DNA of 64,000 nucleotides from a virus (lineage: Duplodnaviria; Heunggongvirae; Uroviricota; Caudoviricetes), in IMG/VR virus record IMGVR_UViG_3300027710_000009, one strand, 5' to 3'. The notes beneath the pieces are model-generated. The model had not been told where the DNA came from, did not search any database, and saw only the letters and a program-made list of their open reading frames with translations. The position numbers and the translations under genes are program-made. Of the stretch, positions 19,841 through 29,707 are shown one piece after another (position 1 is the first letter of the stretch; the number at the start of each line of letters is the position of its first letter).

Positions 19841-22800
19841 TTATGCTCCGCCCCCGTTTAATGTGTAATAGGTTGGTTCAGTTATTTCCGCGCCACCTCC
19901 ATTGAACGATGGTGTGTTTACTCCGTATCTTGTTGATGAGAATCCGCCTTCTGCGTAGTCCACTGTGACTTCATATATGGCAGCGGCTGCGCCACCATCC
20001 AGCATCAGGTTGTCCAGTCTTGTATAAGCTGTTTTCTGGAATGTGCCATCACTGAATGTAATGCCAACATTTGATGTTTGTGGCAGGGTCAAATTGCCTG
20101 TGTTTTCAAATGCCCAGGTGTTGGTGCCAACCACTAACTCTATTGGAAGGCGCTCAACTGTGCCATCGCCAATTTCAAAATCAGTTGTGAGTATCTTTAC
20201 ACCGTCACTGTCGGCTCCAGTTTCACCAAGATAACTAACACGATCAATGTCAGCATTCACTGCCACCATGGTGAACATGCCCACTTCAGTGTTGACCATG
20301 CTCACATAGTCGCCACCACCAAATGCCGGGCTGTTGTACTGCGGATCATTTATGCCATAGTATATGCCATTGGATGTGTAAACAGTGGCATTTGCTTGGT
20401 CATTGATGTCATCATAACCACCTAGAGCGTAAACGCCCGCTCCGCCTGGCGTGCCTGACACCTGATGCAGTATCATGTAATTGTGGTTGTCTTCGTTTTG
20501 TGACCAAAATGCCTGGAATGGAGCCAGTTCACCTGAGGTCACTGCGGACACAGTAATTCTCTCAGTTGCGGCATTGGCAGTGGCTGTGAACACACACTCA
20601 CTGAGGTCAGTGCCAATAAAGTTGCCTTGATCGTAGGCGTCGTTGTTGCCTTCAACGATAAAATGTTTTGCAAACAAGTTGTCAAATCTGACACTGGCCA
20701 TGCTGCCTGATCGTGTGAGATTGGTAATTCCGCCAGATCCATTGACCCCAGTCACAGTGATTGTCATGTTGTCATCAGGAGCAATACCACCTAGCACTGT
20801 GCCAGGAACTGTGATAGTGTCGTTGACTTGATATCCAGTGCCTGCAACCAAGATTTGTGTTTCTTCAGACCCACTGTAAGTACGGCCATCATTGTTGTAG
20901 TAGTACACAAAACCTGAGCCAGTGCCCGATGTGGTCATGCCTGCGGTGTTGATCACTGCTTGTATTTCATTGAAATCAAACGGAGTATGCAGAGTGTCGG
21001 CCGGCAAGCTGTCTATCAAATCTGCTTGTGCTGTGTCAAATGCTGTTTGTATGTCAGCAACATCTGTTCGTAAAGTATCGCCATCATACAGAACCAAATC
21101 AATGTAGGTTCGAACAAAAGTTTTGATGTGTTCCAAAGGTATTGGATCGCTGGTGTCGGCGCCGTAGAGGTTAATCACAGCCACATGACTGCTGCCAGTT
21201 ATACCATTGGCAAAGAATGTATCTTCATTGGTGTCATCAGACAGGTTATAGCCACGCATGGCGGCGCTACGACTCAATATGATTTGATTCAGTGATGGAT
21301 CGTCATCTGCGCCGCCATCTTGTTCTGATATTTGATTTACAGTGGCATAGAATCCGCGATAGGCCTTTGAGTTTGAAACGCCAGCAACGATTGCGCCGGG
21401 CACTACCACAGTACCGTTAGCACCAAATGTCCATGTGTGTTCTATGGATGTTGGATCACTTGGATCAAAAGAGCCAGTTATGAGTTGAACAGCACCGTTG
21501 GCAGCAAACGGACTGTTGATTATCATCCCTGCAACAGATGTTGGGTTGCTATAATCATTTACCCATTGTACACCAACACCACCAGCTGATCCTTGTGCCA
21601 AAATGCCTATGAAACTATTGGCAGTTGTTTCTATGACATCGCCGGCGCCTGTGTTTCCCATGGTCATGCCCGACGGGAATGTTAGCATGCCGCTGGTGTC
21701 AAATGTCCAATGCTTGGTATTTGTGTCAGTGCCAATAACAACATCACCGCCGTCTTTTTCAATCTTCACATACTGGTCATCGTCGCCTAGGTATATGTCA
21801 GTTGTTGCGGGATCACCTGCTACCAAGTGGATGTGACTGGTTTCAATAACACCATTGTCGGTGACTGTTATAAAGGCAGTGTTCCAAGGGTTGTCGCCGC
21901 CCACTGTCAATGTAAATGTGGTAGCACTGGTATATTCAGGAATTGGTAGTACTACCGTAGTTGTTTGAGGAAGTTCACCAGCTGGAGAAAAAGCAGGGAA
22001 TGTTCCTGTCAAACTGCCTATGCCCAACTGTTGCGCTGTTGCTCCAGTGATTTCATAAGTTACGCCTGTAATATCAAGACTGGCATCTATATTGTTTAGA
22101 GTAATTGTTAAATTTTGTCCAGGAACAATCGCACCGCTGGCAGTTAAAGTACCACCCGCAGTTGGACGAATAACCAGACTCTGTCCGGCAGCGGCCCCAG
22201 GTGGTGAAATAACTGTGGTGGTTTCTGTTTCACCTATTGTACTACCCAGTGGTAATGTTATGTTTCCATCTGCTTCAAGTACAACTTCATTGGCACCATT
22301 TGTTAATCTATCACTACTTCCGACTCCGTTGCCACCTAGCACACTCTCACCGTCGCTGTTGACAATGTCAGCACCTGCGGGTAGTTTTAGTTTTGGGGAA
22401 TCACCAACGTTATTAAATTCAAATGTTCCACTGCCCACTTGAATGTAAGCCGCACCCGTATCGCCATCACTACTCTCTGCCCATATATAAACGTTGCCGC
22501 TTTGTAGCTGTGCGTATGAACTGGCATTGATATTAACTACATTGCTTGTGGATCCAATCTCATCATCAGTAAATGTGATGTTGCCAGTGTTGGCACCGCC
22601 ACCTGCATCAAAATCGTATTCGCTTTCGCCTGCACGAGTTTCTGCACGGAATGGAATCTGTGTCCAGTCTCCAGCAACAAAGTTGTTGATGGGATCCGCT
22701 GTCTCAGTGGCCCACATGTTCTGTTCTGCCAAGTCTGCCACTTGGCCACTATATCCCGATCCTGCTGTGTCAACAGTGATGTTTCTAATGTATCCTTCGT

Positions 22801-25099
22801 CGTCAATGCCGCTGGATGAATAAGTTGCTGGAGTGAATGATAAATTGTCAGCGTTGCCATTCAAGAAGGCAAAGTGAGCATTGTCAATTATGGTTGGATT
22901 GGTTGCAAAGCTGTAGGACTGATCCCCAGTTTCTTCCACTTGTTCCACAAAGGCCGAACTGGCCACTGCACGAGTCACGCCTGGCAGAATCAAGTTGCCA
23001 GATACGGTGGACTTGATTGCGGCATTGCCAATATACACCGTGCCTGGGCCCACATACAAGTGACGGAAACGATAGAGTGAACTGCCTAGATCAAACACAT
23101 TGTCTGAGTTGGGCAGTATGCTACCAGGTACTGTGAGATTACCGGCGGTGTCTAGTACGGCATTGTACCCACTGTTGAACAGAACACTGATAGGTGCCTG
23201 TGTGTATGCTGTGCGTTGGAATGAGCCGTCACCAAACACAATACCTGTAGTGGATATTGCAGGACTGCTCATGAAATTCATGTTGTTTGGCAAGAACAGG
23301 TTACCGTCTTCTCTAAAGGTCCAAGGTTCTGCATTGGCTGTTATATAAACATTACCATTAGTTGACTTTAATTCAATATCGTTGATACTGCCTGTACCTG
23401 CATTGGATGCGTTGCCAAATACCAATTTGCCATCACCAGCGCCATTGAATAGATAAAACTCTTGAGTATCGCTGTCCAGTATCCAGGCGTTTGTGCCATT
23501 GCCAGTCTCTAATACCCACGAACCAAGTGTAGTTGTTAGTCCATTGTAATATAAAGTAGTTGTAGCACCACCAATCATTGGATCGTAAAAATGCCAATTG
23601 AATCCTTGACCGTTTGGTAGTGTGATGTTGTTGTTAAAGAATCTGGTGTTGTTAGCAAAAATCACGTTGCCAACTGTGATTGGTTTGTTGAATTCAAACG
23701 AGTCACTAACAGATGAATAAGAGATGTTGGCCAGCGCACCAGCCACACGCAGACCAGCACCGTTTGCTGCCGCGCTGTTGATTGCACCATTGGCCACTGT
23801 TATGTACAAATCAGCTACATTCAAAGTGGCTGTATTAACTGTGGTTTGAGTACCATTGACCTGAAGGTTACCAAGTACCACTGCATTGTATGACACAGTT
23901 AGATTGCCAGTGGTTACATTGCCTGCCAGGTACGCGGCTGTGTTAACATTACTATAGACCTGTGTTTGTAGTGTGGTAATAGCAGAGTTAGCCGCGGTGA
24001 TGTTTGCACGAAGCGCATTTATATCTGTAGCCTGTGTACCAGCATTAGCAGTCCATGCAGTGGTAACTGCATCAACATAGCTCTTCATGCCTGTGTTGGC
24101 AGTGACAATAGCTGAGTTGGCTGCTGACACGTTTGCGGTCAGTTGCTGTATTGTTGCAAATCCGGATCCAGTTTGCAAGGTAGCAATGGCTGCATTGGCC
24201 GCGGTAATATTAGCACGTAGGTCGTCAATCTCTGCGTGTGCGGCTGCGGCATTTGCTGTCCATGCAGTGGTAACTGCATCAACATAGCTCTGCATTCCTG
24301 TGTTGGCTGTGATAATAGCACCGTTGGCTGCGGCAACGTTTGCATTGATTGTGTTGATCTGTGTCGCCTGCGTGGCTGCATTGGCCACTGTGCTGTATGT
24401 TGCATTAGCATAGGTATAAAACGGAGCCATGTATGCCGCAACATTGGTGTTCGAGTATGTTCCGCTTTGTGGATTGGCCACTAGATAAGACGCAACATTG
24501 GCATTGCTATAGGTGCTGGCACCACTTACAGGTGCACCGTTTACCAACAATGATCCATCAGCAGTGATACTCAATGGAATGCTATTGATGTAAATGGTGT
24601 TGTTGCTGACCCAGAGATCTTTCCACTGACGTGTGGCACTGCCTAGGCTGTATACTACATTGGCAGAGGGAATAATGTTGCCAGCAACTGTGGTTAGGTA
24701 TGCAACCACATTGGCATTGCTGTAAGTACCTGCGCCGCCACCTGTAAATGTAGCATTGGCATAGGTTTGGAACGCACCAATATTGGCGTTAATGGAGTTG
24801 ATTGCTACTGCTTGAACGGCTGCGTTTGCATTTGCCGCTGTGATTTGTGCTGTGGTTGCATAACCACTTAGGTTAATGTTGCCCACTGCAACGTTGGCAA
24901 GTTCAGCATAGGTGGCCAATCGTGTACCACCCACAACAACTCCGTCATGCACACGTAGAGTTTTCAACGTTGTGTCCATGGTGATTTCACCACGCACGCC
25001 TGTGTAGGTACTGCTTACTGTGGTGTTGCCGCGACCTACTAGGATCTTTTTAATTTGTACGTTTGCTGTAGCCATTTTATTATAGTTCTCCGGCGTCAA
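19841..25099 (-). CDS. Very long tail fibre / virion protein (likely start at MATANV, 25075)
   Basis: GEITMDT..TLRVHDG N-terminus, YSNANVA repeats, WTF..G modules. Confidence 0.8.
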   Translation of the reverse strand: MTPENYNKMATANVQIKKILVGRGNTTVSSTYTGVRGEITMDTTLKTLRVHDGVVVGGTRLATYAELANVAVGNINLSGYATTAQITAANANAAVQAVAINSINANIGAFQTYANATFTGGGAGTYSNANVVAYLTTVAGNIIPSANVVYSLGSATRQWKDLWVSNNTIYINSIPLSITADGSLLVNGAPVSGASTYSNANVASYLVANPQSGTYSNTNVAAYMAPFYTYANATYSTVANAATQATQINTINANVAAANGAIITANTGMQSYVDAVTTAWTANAAAAHAEIDDLRANITAANAAIATLQTGSGFATIQQLTANVSAANSAIVTANTGMKSYVDAVTTAWTANAGTQATDINALRANITAANSAITTLQTQVYSNVNTAAYLAGNVTTGNLTVSYNAVVLGNLQVNGTQTTVNTATLNVADLYITVANGAINSAAANGAGLRVAGALANISYSSVSDSFEFNKPITVGNVIFANNTRFFNNNITLPNGQGFNWHFYDPMIGGATTTLYYNGLTTTLGSWVLETGNGTNAWILDSDTQEFYLFNGAGDGKLVFGNASNAGTGSINDIELKSTNGNVYITANAEPWTFREDGNLFLPNNMNFMSSPAISTTGIVFGDGSFQRTAYTQAPISVLFNSGYNAVLDTAGNLTVPGSILPNSDNVFDLGSSLYRFRHLYVGPGTVYIGNAAIKSTVSGNLILPGVTRAVASSAFVEQVEETGDQSYSFATNPTIIDNAHFAFLNGNADNLSFTPATYSSSGIDDEGYIRNITVDTAGSGYSGQVADLAEQNMWATETADPINNFVAGDWTQIPFRAETRAGESEYDFDAGGGANTGNITFTDDEIGSTSNVVNINASSYAQLQSGNVYIWAESSDGDTGAAYIQVGSGTFEFNNVGDSPKLKLPAGADIVNSDGESVLGGNGVGSSDRLTNGANEVVLEADGNITLPLGSTIGETETTTVISPPGAAAGQSLVIRPTAGGTLTASGAIVPGQNLTITLNNIDASLDITGVTYEITGATAQQLGIGSLTGTFPAFSPAGELPQTTTVVLPIPEYTSATTFTLTVGGDNPWNTAFITVTDNGVIETSHIHLVAGDPATTDIYLGDDDQYVKIEKDGGDVVIGTDTNTKHWTFDTSGMLTFPSGMTMGNTGAGDVIETTANSFIGILAQGSAGGVGVQWVNDYSNPTSVAGMIINSPFAANGAVQLITGSFDPSDPTSIEHTWTFGANGTVVVPGAIVAGVSNSKAYRGFYATVNQISEQDGGADDDPSLNQIILSRSAAMRGYNLSDDTNEDTFFANGITGSSHVAVINLYGADTSDPIPLEHIKTFVRTYIDLVLYDGDTLRTDVADIQTAFDTAQADLIDSLPADTLHTPFDFNEIQAVINTAGMTTSGTGSGFVYYYNNDGRTYSGSEETQILVAGTGYQVNDTITVPGTVLGGIAPDDNMTITVTGVNGSGGITNLTRSGSMASVRFDNLFAKHFIVEGNNDAYDQGNFIGTDLSECVFTATANAATERITVSAVTSGELAPFQAFWSQNEDNHNYMILHQVSGTPGGAGVYALGGYDDINDQANATVYTSNGIYYGINDPQYNSPAFGGGDYVSMVNTEVGMFTMVAVNADIDRVSYLGETGADSDGVKILTTDFEIGDGTVERLPIELVVGTNTWAFENTGNLTLPQTSNVGITFSDGTFQKTAYTRLDNLMLDGGAAAAIYEVTVDYAEGGFSSTRYGVNTPSFNGGGAEITEPTYYTLNGGGA

Positions 25100-25577
25100 C
25101 TACACCGTCATATATTGCGACTGGAAGTACAGGAGTATTTGAATAGTAGCCACTTAGTACCTGTACAGGTAATCTCACGCTGTAGTTGTCGTCAATGTAC
25201 AATGGCGTTTCGTCGTTGGAAGTCAAGTCAATCAACTTGACTGTGAATTCATAGTGTCTTTGATCTAGTGCATTAACCACTGAAGCTGGTATTGTGAACA
25301 CGCCTAGACCCTTGTTCTGAGTAACAAAATCCACAGTGAAAGTTTCTACTGTGAGTTTGTTTTCTGGATCTTGTATGTCAACTTGCACATCGTAACCAGT
25401 TAGATCAACAGCTTTTTGATCCTGATTTTTGGTCACAATGTGAATAGGGTTATCAATACCCTGGTAGATTTTTATTGTTCTGCTGTACACGATCCTGTTC
25501 CTCGTAGAGAAGATGGCTGGATCTATGACCTGAATTTCTAGGATATTTTTATAAAAAAACGCTTCAATTGTTTGCAT
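25080..25577 (-). CDS. Putative baseplate / fibre-attachment protein
   Basis: First gene of the fibre block after a TAAATA motif; IYQGIDN...N.DQK.VDLTG pattern. Confidence 0.5.
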   Translation of the reverse strand: MQTIEAFFYKNILEIQVIDPAIFSTRNRIVYSRTIKIYQGIDNPIHIVTKNQDQKAVDLTGYDVQVDIQDPENKLTVETFTVDFVTQNKGLGVFTIPASVVNALDQRHYEFTVKLIDLTSNDETPLYIDDNYSVRLPVQVLSGYYSNTPVLPVAIYDGVVDAGEL

Positions 25578-25612
25578 AGGATACTTTTGCCATCTGTATC
25601 CAGTATTTATGG

Positions 25613-26170
25613 TTAAACGGTGTAACGGTAGTTGACCATAATTCCCCAGCTTTCGTCCTGGCGGATGTCGCTGGCGTCTGCGTCAAAGTTAACTGCATGT
25701 AGGCTAGCACCATTGCCCAAATGGAACTTGGCCACAGGATCTTTGCGTAGAGCAATAAACTCACGCACTTGTTCTTCAGTGGGCTGAGTATCAAAGTGCT
25801 TGCGCAAGCTGGGAATAGGGCTTAGTGTGTAGAAATTCTTCACACCTTGTGCGCTAAAATGATTCACAGCTTCTCTTAATGCTCTAGCACCCACGCCCAT
25901 TAGTGCGTCAGGCAAACGGAAGATGGTGTAGAACATGGCAGTCAAACCTTCTTCTTTGCTGTCTACAAAGATGTCTTTCATGCTTCGTACCAAATCGTCA
26001 CTTACCTTGGTGCAAATCATGCATTGGTGTTGCTCGTCTTCGTCGTACATGAGCACAGTACGTGTGCCCACTGCGCGAGATTCTTTGGCAATGGTTGGAT
26101 GAACAGGGTCATGGCTGATGAGTTCTAGCCATTGCTTGTCAAATTTTTCTGAGTTGGATGGGATGATCAT
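25613..26170 (-). CDS. Malonyl-CoA decarboxylase catalytic-domain-like protein
   Basis: AMFYTI, FYTLSPIP, DPVAKFHLGNGA, SWGIMVNYRY motifs. Confidence 0.8.
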   Translation of the reverse strand: MIIPSNSEKFDKQWLELISHDPVHPTIAKESRAVGTRTVLMYDEDEQHQCMICTKVSDDLVRSMKDIFVDSKEEGLTAMFYTIFRLPDALMGVGARALREAVNHFSAQGVKNFYTLSPIPSLRKHFDTQPTEEQVREFIALRKDPVAKFHLGNGASLHAVNFDADASDIRQDESWGIMVNYRYTV

Positions 26171-26214
26171 GGAAATTTCCTAGTTGAGTTATATGCGTAT
26201 TTATTACAGTCGTG

Positions 26215-26237
26215 AAAAAAGGGGCCGTAGCCCCTTT
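26215..26237 (-). terminator. Intrinsic terminator after tRNA-Ser
   Basis: AAAGGGGC-TACG-GCCCCTTTTTT. Confidence 0.85.
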
Positions 26238-26247
26238 ATTCTATGTT

Positions 26248-26337
26248 TGGCGGAAGCGGTGAGATTCGAACTCACGGTGCCTTTCGACACGACAGTTTTC
26301 AAGACTGTTGCAATAAACCGGACTCTGCCACACTTCC
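26248..26337 (-). tRNA. tRNA-Ser(TGA)
   Basis: Cloverleaf, loop CTTGAAA, long variable arm, encoded CCA. Confidence 0.92.
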
Positions 26338-26338
26338 A

Positions 26339-27508
26339 TTAGTTGTATAAATCTTGCAGGCGATATATGCCTGTGCGATCTAGATTTTTGTTCACGGCCA
26401 AATAGGCCAAGAGCCCGGCGTCATTGCGACGGACAAGCTCTTTTTGTATACTAGCATCAACGATGGCGTCAATTATATTTTTTTCGTCCAGCTCTAGTGT
26501 TAGTTTTAACAGTTGTATGTCCTTGAACGGCGTGAATGTAATAGTGCGTCCAAGATGCCAGTGCTGGTGATCGTTAATGCACATCCGCAGAATATGCTCC
26601 GCAGTTGTTTGTTTGCTTTGTATTACCTTTTGTATTTGTTCGTCCTGCTGTTGTCTTGCATAGATAGCAGATTTCTCTACACCTTGAAAGTACAGGTAAT
26701 GATAATGCTCAGGTTCTAACACCTGTTCCATATTTTTGCCTAGATGCATCAGCATGATATTTGCTGTTGCAGGCCCACGCAAAAAATACTCATCGCCACA
26801 GGCCCCAGTGACTAGAATAGTGGGCTTGCGGTAATGATGTATTTGGTTATAACCCCAGTGTTCACGCAACTGAGATTCAAAATTAATTGTGAACTGATCG
26901 TAGTCAGTGTGTTCAGCCATGATCAATTCATGTGGTATGTGCAGTGCTCGTAGATAACTGATACACAGCAAGGTATCGATGCCACCAGAGTAAAATACCT
27001 TGATGTTGTCTGCGTTTAGACCCAACCACGAAAACTTAGCAGTCAACAAGTTGTGCATTTCATCTACCACTTCAGTAAAACTGCGTGTGGACCCTGGCAC
27101 AGGAATCACTGTACAACGATGTTCATGTATGGTTTGATCAATAGTTACCCAGGCATCTGCCCATACGTTCACAGGATGTTGTACTTCAATGTTGCCAACT
27201 GCATGCTCGGCATCGTCACGAAACAGTGGTGTTGCTCTACTGGTATCATTGGTAACTGTCACTGTACCGTTTTTATGAGCTAGTACTGCTACAAAGTTAC
27301 CTTCAAATCTAGGCTGTGCATTTTCAAACAGTTCTTCTGCCAGCACATGATTGATGCCACGCTGAAAGCAATAGCCCTTGATGTATGCATAACCATACTG
27401 GGTGTGTATCTCTTGCCAACCTAGATCACAATTGAGCCAAAGTTCTTTGGTCAGCGGATACTGCGCAGGGAACTTGGTGTCTTGTGTGGGCTTGATACAA
27501 AAGAACAT
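26339..27508 (-). CDS. Asparagine-synthase-like protein (ATP pyrophosphatase domain)
   Basis: Degenerate Ntn part (EGNF...D....PLF), YSGGIDT PP-loop, TGACGDEYF. Confidence 0.65.
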   Translation of the reverse strand: MFFCIKPTQDTKFPAQYPLTKELWLNCDLGWQEIHTQYGYAYIKGYCFQRGINHVLAEELFENAQPRFEGNFVAVLAHKNGTVTVTNDTSRATPLFRDDAEHAVGNIEVQHPVNVWADAWVTIDQTIHEHRCTVIPVPGSTRSFTEVVDEMHNLLTAKFSWLGLNADNIKVFYSGGIDTLLCISYLRALHIPHELIMAEHTDYDQFTINFESQLREHWGYNQIHHYRKPTILVTGACGDEYFLRGPATANIMLMHLGKNMEQVLEPEHYHYLYFQGVEKSAIYARQQQDEQIQKVIQSKQTTAEHILRMCINDHQHWHLGRTITFTPFKDIQLLKLTLELDEKNIIDAIVDASIQKELVRRNDAGLLAYLAVNKNLDRTGIYRLQDLYN

Positions 27509-27867
27509 TACTTTTGACTGTCGCCTTTTGCTACTCTGTAATTGTCTTCCACAGAGTCCGGTGTGCTGACTTCAATCACTGTGCCTGCTTCGACGCATTC
27601 CAGCTGATGAGGTTTGCAAGGTTCATTGTGCCATACACTACCATCACGCAGTTCTTTTTCGTGCAGTTCAGCAGTGGCAGTGTCAATCCAACGCACAATA
27701 AATCGTCCTGATTGCACATACCATGTTTCTTCTTTGAATTGATGAAAGTGCATACTGAACTTGGCGCCAGTATTAAAGTTCATCATCTTGCCGCAGTACT
27801 TGTCATTGGTAGCCCAGATAAATTCTGAACCCCACCCCTTGGGTACTAATCCTTTTAACTGTGTCAT
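27508..27867 (-). CDS. Cupin (sugar isomerase-like)
   Basis: KGWG.E, SMHFH..KEETW, EVSTPDSVEDNYR. Confidence 0.8.
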   Translation of the reverse strand: MTQLKGLVPKGWGSEFIWATNDKYCGKMMNFNTGAKFSMHFHQFKEETWYVQSGRFIVRWIDTATAELHEKELRDGSVWHNEPCKPHQLECVEAGTVIEVSTPDSVEDNYRVAKGDSQK

Positions 27868-28613
27868 CGTATTTCATCCAATCTTGGTGCATACACACCA
27901 GTGTGTTGTACAGTAACGGCGCTGGCACGAATAGCAAATAAAATTGCTTGACTCATGTCACCATCTGTATTTAGATATTCATATGCCAATGCTGCCAAGA
28001 ATGTATCACCGGCTCCACACACGTCAGTAACGTCTATTTCAGGCGCCGGATACATGACAAAATTGTGCAAAGCGCCTTCTTTACCCAGCGTTACAATCAT
28101 GTTTGTGCAATCGCTGTGTCTTGCCTTGTATTCAACTTCGTTGATCTTTACAATGCAACCTTCAAATCTTTTTAGATCCTGCTTTTTGGTGTCAATGAAA
28201 ATAGGACCCGGAAATTCTCTGCGTAGTTCTTCCACCAGCTCATATGTGATCAGGCCTTTGTTGTAGTCGCTGATCACAATGGCATGATACACTTGTGGTA
28301 TTGCTGTTTCAAACACTAGCGGATCGTTTTTGACATCAGCATCTATTCTAACAATCTGTTGCTTGCTACGACTGTCAATCAATCGTGTCTTGACACTTTG
28401 TTGCCCTGTGATAAAATTTGCATCTAGGCCAAGTGCTTTGAGATTTTCATATACATTGGCCGCCATGCCTGGGCGTTTTTCTTCTGTGGTGGGTGTGAAC
28501 ACAGGAACAGGTGCTTCTGGACTCATACGATCCACAACACCATATTGATAAACATCTAAACAACTGTCACCTAGTAACAATATGTTGAATTGCTTTTGTA
28601 CTGGAATACTCAT
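27864..28613 (-). CDS. HldE/RfaE domain I heptose-7-phosphate kinase-like (PfkB family)
   Basis: GDSCLD.Y, RMSPEAPVPV, ISDYNKG, DVCGAGDTF; start moved to MSIPVQ. Confidence 0.88.
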   Translation of the reverse strand: MSIPVQKQFNILLLGDSCLDVYQYGVVDRMSPEAPVPVFTPTTEEKRPGMAANVYENLKALGLDANFITGQQSVKTRLIDSRSKQQIVRIDADVKNDPLVFETAIPQVYHAIVISDYNKGLITYELVEELRREFPGPIFIDTKKQDLKRFEGCIVKINEVEYKARHSDCTNMIVTLGKEGALHNFVMYPAPEIDVTDVCGAGDTFLAALAYEYLNTDGDMSQAILFAIRASAVTVQHTGVYAPRLDEIR

Positions 28614-28962
28614 CGAGTCTTTCAAAAAATTCAATGCGTGGCACATGTTCTTCACCAATGATTGGCCGACCACGATAGTCGCTGCCTTTGACCATGATGT
28701 CTGGCTCGCTTGTTTGGATCAGGTGTTCTAGTTCTTGATCTGTGTCAAAAGTACAAACCTTGTCCACGTACCTTAGAGCTTGCAACATTAGCCTGCGTTC
28801 ATCTTGATTGAAGAACGGACGGCCTGTGCCTTTTAGCTGTCGTACACGACGATCTGTATCTATAGCAACTGTTACCCTGCCAAGACTAGCCGCATACTGC
28901 AACAGCATCACATGCCCCGGATGCAGGATATCAAACGTACCATTGACGAACACTTTAATCAT
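28567..28962 (-). CDS. HldE/RfaE domain II nucleotidyltransferase-like
   Basis: NGTFDILHPGH, LKG.GRP, VKGSDY, YSST; start MIKVF lies just after the promoter. Confidence 0.9.
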   Translation of the reverse strand: MIKVFVNGTFDILHPGHVMLLQYAASLGRVTVAIDTDRRVRQLKGTGRPFFNQDERRLMLQALRYVDKVCTFDTDQELEHLIQTSEPDIMVKGSDYRGRPIIGEEHVPRIEFFERLDEYSSTKAIQHIVTR

Positions 28963-28968
28963 TGTTAC

Positions 28969-28997
28969 ATTATATATTGTTGCACAAGCTTCGTCAA
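28969..28997 (-). promoter_or_regulatory. sigma70 promoter, likely leaderless transcript
   Basis: TTGACG-17nt-TATAAT-6nt-ATG. Confidence 0.75.
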
Positions 28998-29005
28998 TAG
29001 ATATT

Positions 29006-29079
29006 TGGTGCTCAAGTACAGAATCGAACTGTCGATTGCTCCTTACCATGGAGCCGTTATGCCACTTAACTACAAGAGC
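29006..29079 (-). tRNA. tRNA-Thr(GGT)
   Basis: Loop ATGGTAA, CCA. Confidence 0.88.
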
Positions 29080-29080
29080 G

Positions 29081-29157
29081 TGGTACCCCTCCCCCGACTC
29101 GAACGGGGAACACACTCCTTTTGAGAGAGCCGCGTCTACCAATTGCGCCAGAGGGGT
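29081..29157 (-). tRNA. tRNA-Leu(CAA), short variable loop
   Basis: Loop CTCAAAA, 77 nt. Confidence 0.85.
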
Positions 29158-29163
29158 ATTGAG

Positions 29164-29239
29164 TGGTGGAAGTGGTGAGACTCGAACTCACGATAAACAC
29201 CGTATGAAGGTGGCGCATTAGCCACTATGCTACACTTCC
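29164..29239 (-). tRNA. tRNA-Met(CAT), elongator-type
   Basis: Loop TTCATAC, G1-C72. Confidence 0.75.
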
Positions 29240-29244
29240 TGAAA

Positions 29245-29321
29245 TGGCGACCCCGAAAGGATTTGAACCTCTGACATTTGGTTTTGGAGACCAACGTTCT
29301 GCCGGACTGAACTACGGAGCC
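29245..29321 (-). tRNA. tRNA-Trp(CCA)
   Basis: Loop CTCCAAA. Confidence 0.92.
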
Positions 29322-29326
29322 ATGTA

Positions 29327-29404
29327 TGGAGCAACGGGTGAGATTTGAACTCACGGTTTTCGGGATTTGCAATCCCGTGCATTGGGCCGCTCTGCCACCG
29401 TTGC
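29327..29404 (-). tRNA. tRNA-Cys(GCA)
   Basis: Loop TTGCAAA, U73. Confidence 0.92.
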
Positions 29405-29408
29405 ATAT

Positions 29409-29482
29409 TGGTTGCGGGCCCAGGATTTGAACCTGGGATGCTCCTGGCTTATGAGACCGGAGTGGTGGCCGCCCTGCCCGCG
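29409..29482 (-). tRNA. tRNA-fMet-like (CAT), degenerate D arm
   Basis: CGCGGG 5' end, C1:A72 mismatch, loop CTCATAA. Confidence 0.7.
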
Positions 29483-29489
29483 ATAATCT

Positions 29490-29581
29490 TGGCGGAAACG
29501 GAGAGATTCGAACTCTCGGTGCCAATTACTTGACACGACAGGTTAGCAACCTGCTGCCTTAGACCACTCGGCCACGTTTCC
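29490..29581 (-). tRNA. tRNA-Ser(GCT)
   Basis: Loop TTGCTAA, long variable arm. Confidence 0.92.
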
Positions 29582-29591
29582 AGTTGTTTGT

Positions 29592-29620
29592 ATTATATAG
29601 TGATAGCACATTGCTGTCAA
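29592..29620 (-). promoter_or_regulatory. sigma70 promoter inside the tRNA array
   Basis: TTGACA-17nt-TATAAT. Confidence 0.85.
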
Positions 29621-29629
29621 TGTTTATTT

Positions 29630-29705
29630 TGGTAGTTCCTAGCGGGCTTGAACCACTGACCTTTACGATGTCAACGTAACGCTCTACCAACTGAGCTAAG
29701 GAACT
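29630..29705 (-). tRNA. tRNA-Val(GAC)
   Basis: Loop TTGACAT. Confidence 0.92.
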
Positions 29706-29707
29706 GT

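Noticed and set aside
6604-24484. Many + strand ORFs opposite the fibre genes
   Set aside because: Antisense shadows of codon-biased Ala/Thr/Asn-rich genes.
6519-25099. Diversity-generating retroelement suggested by Mtd-N-like domains
   Set aside because: No reverse transcriptase and no TR/VR pair with adenine-specific mismatches were seen.
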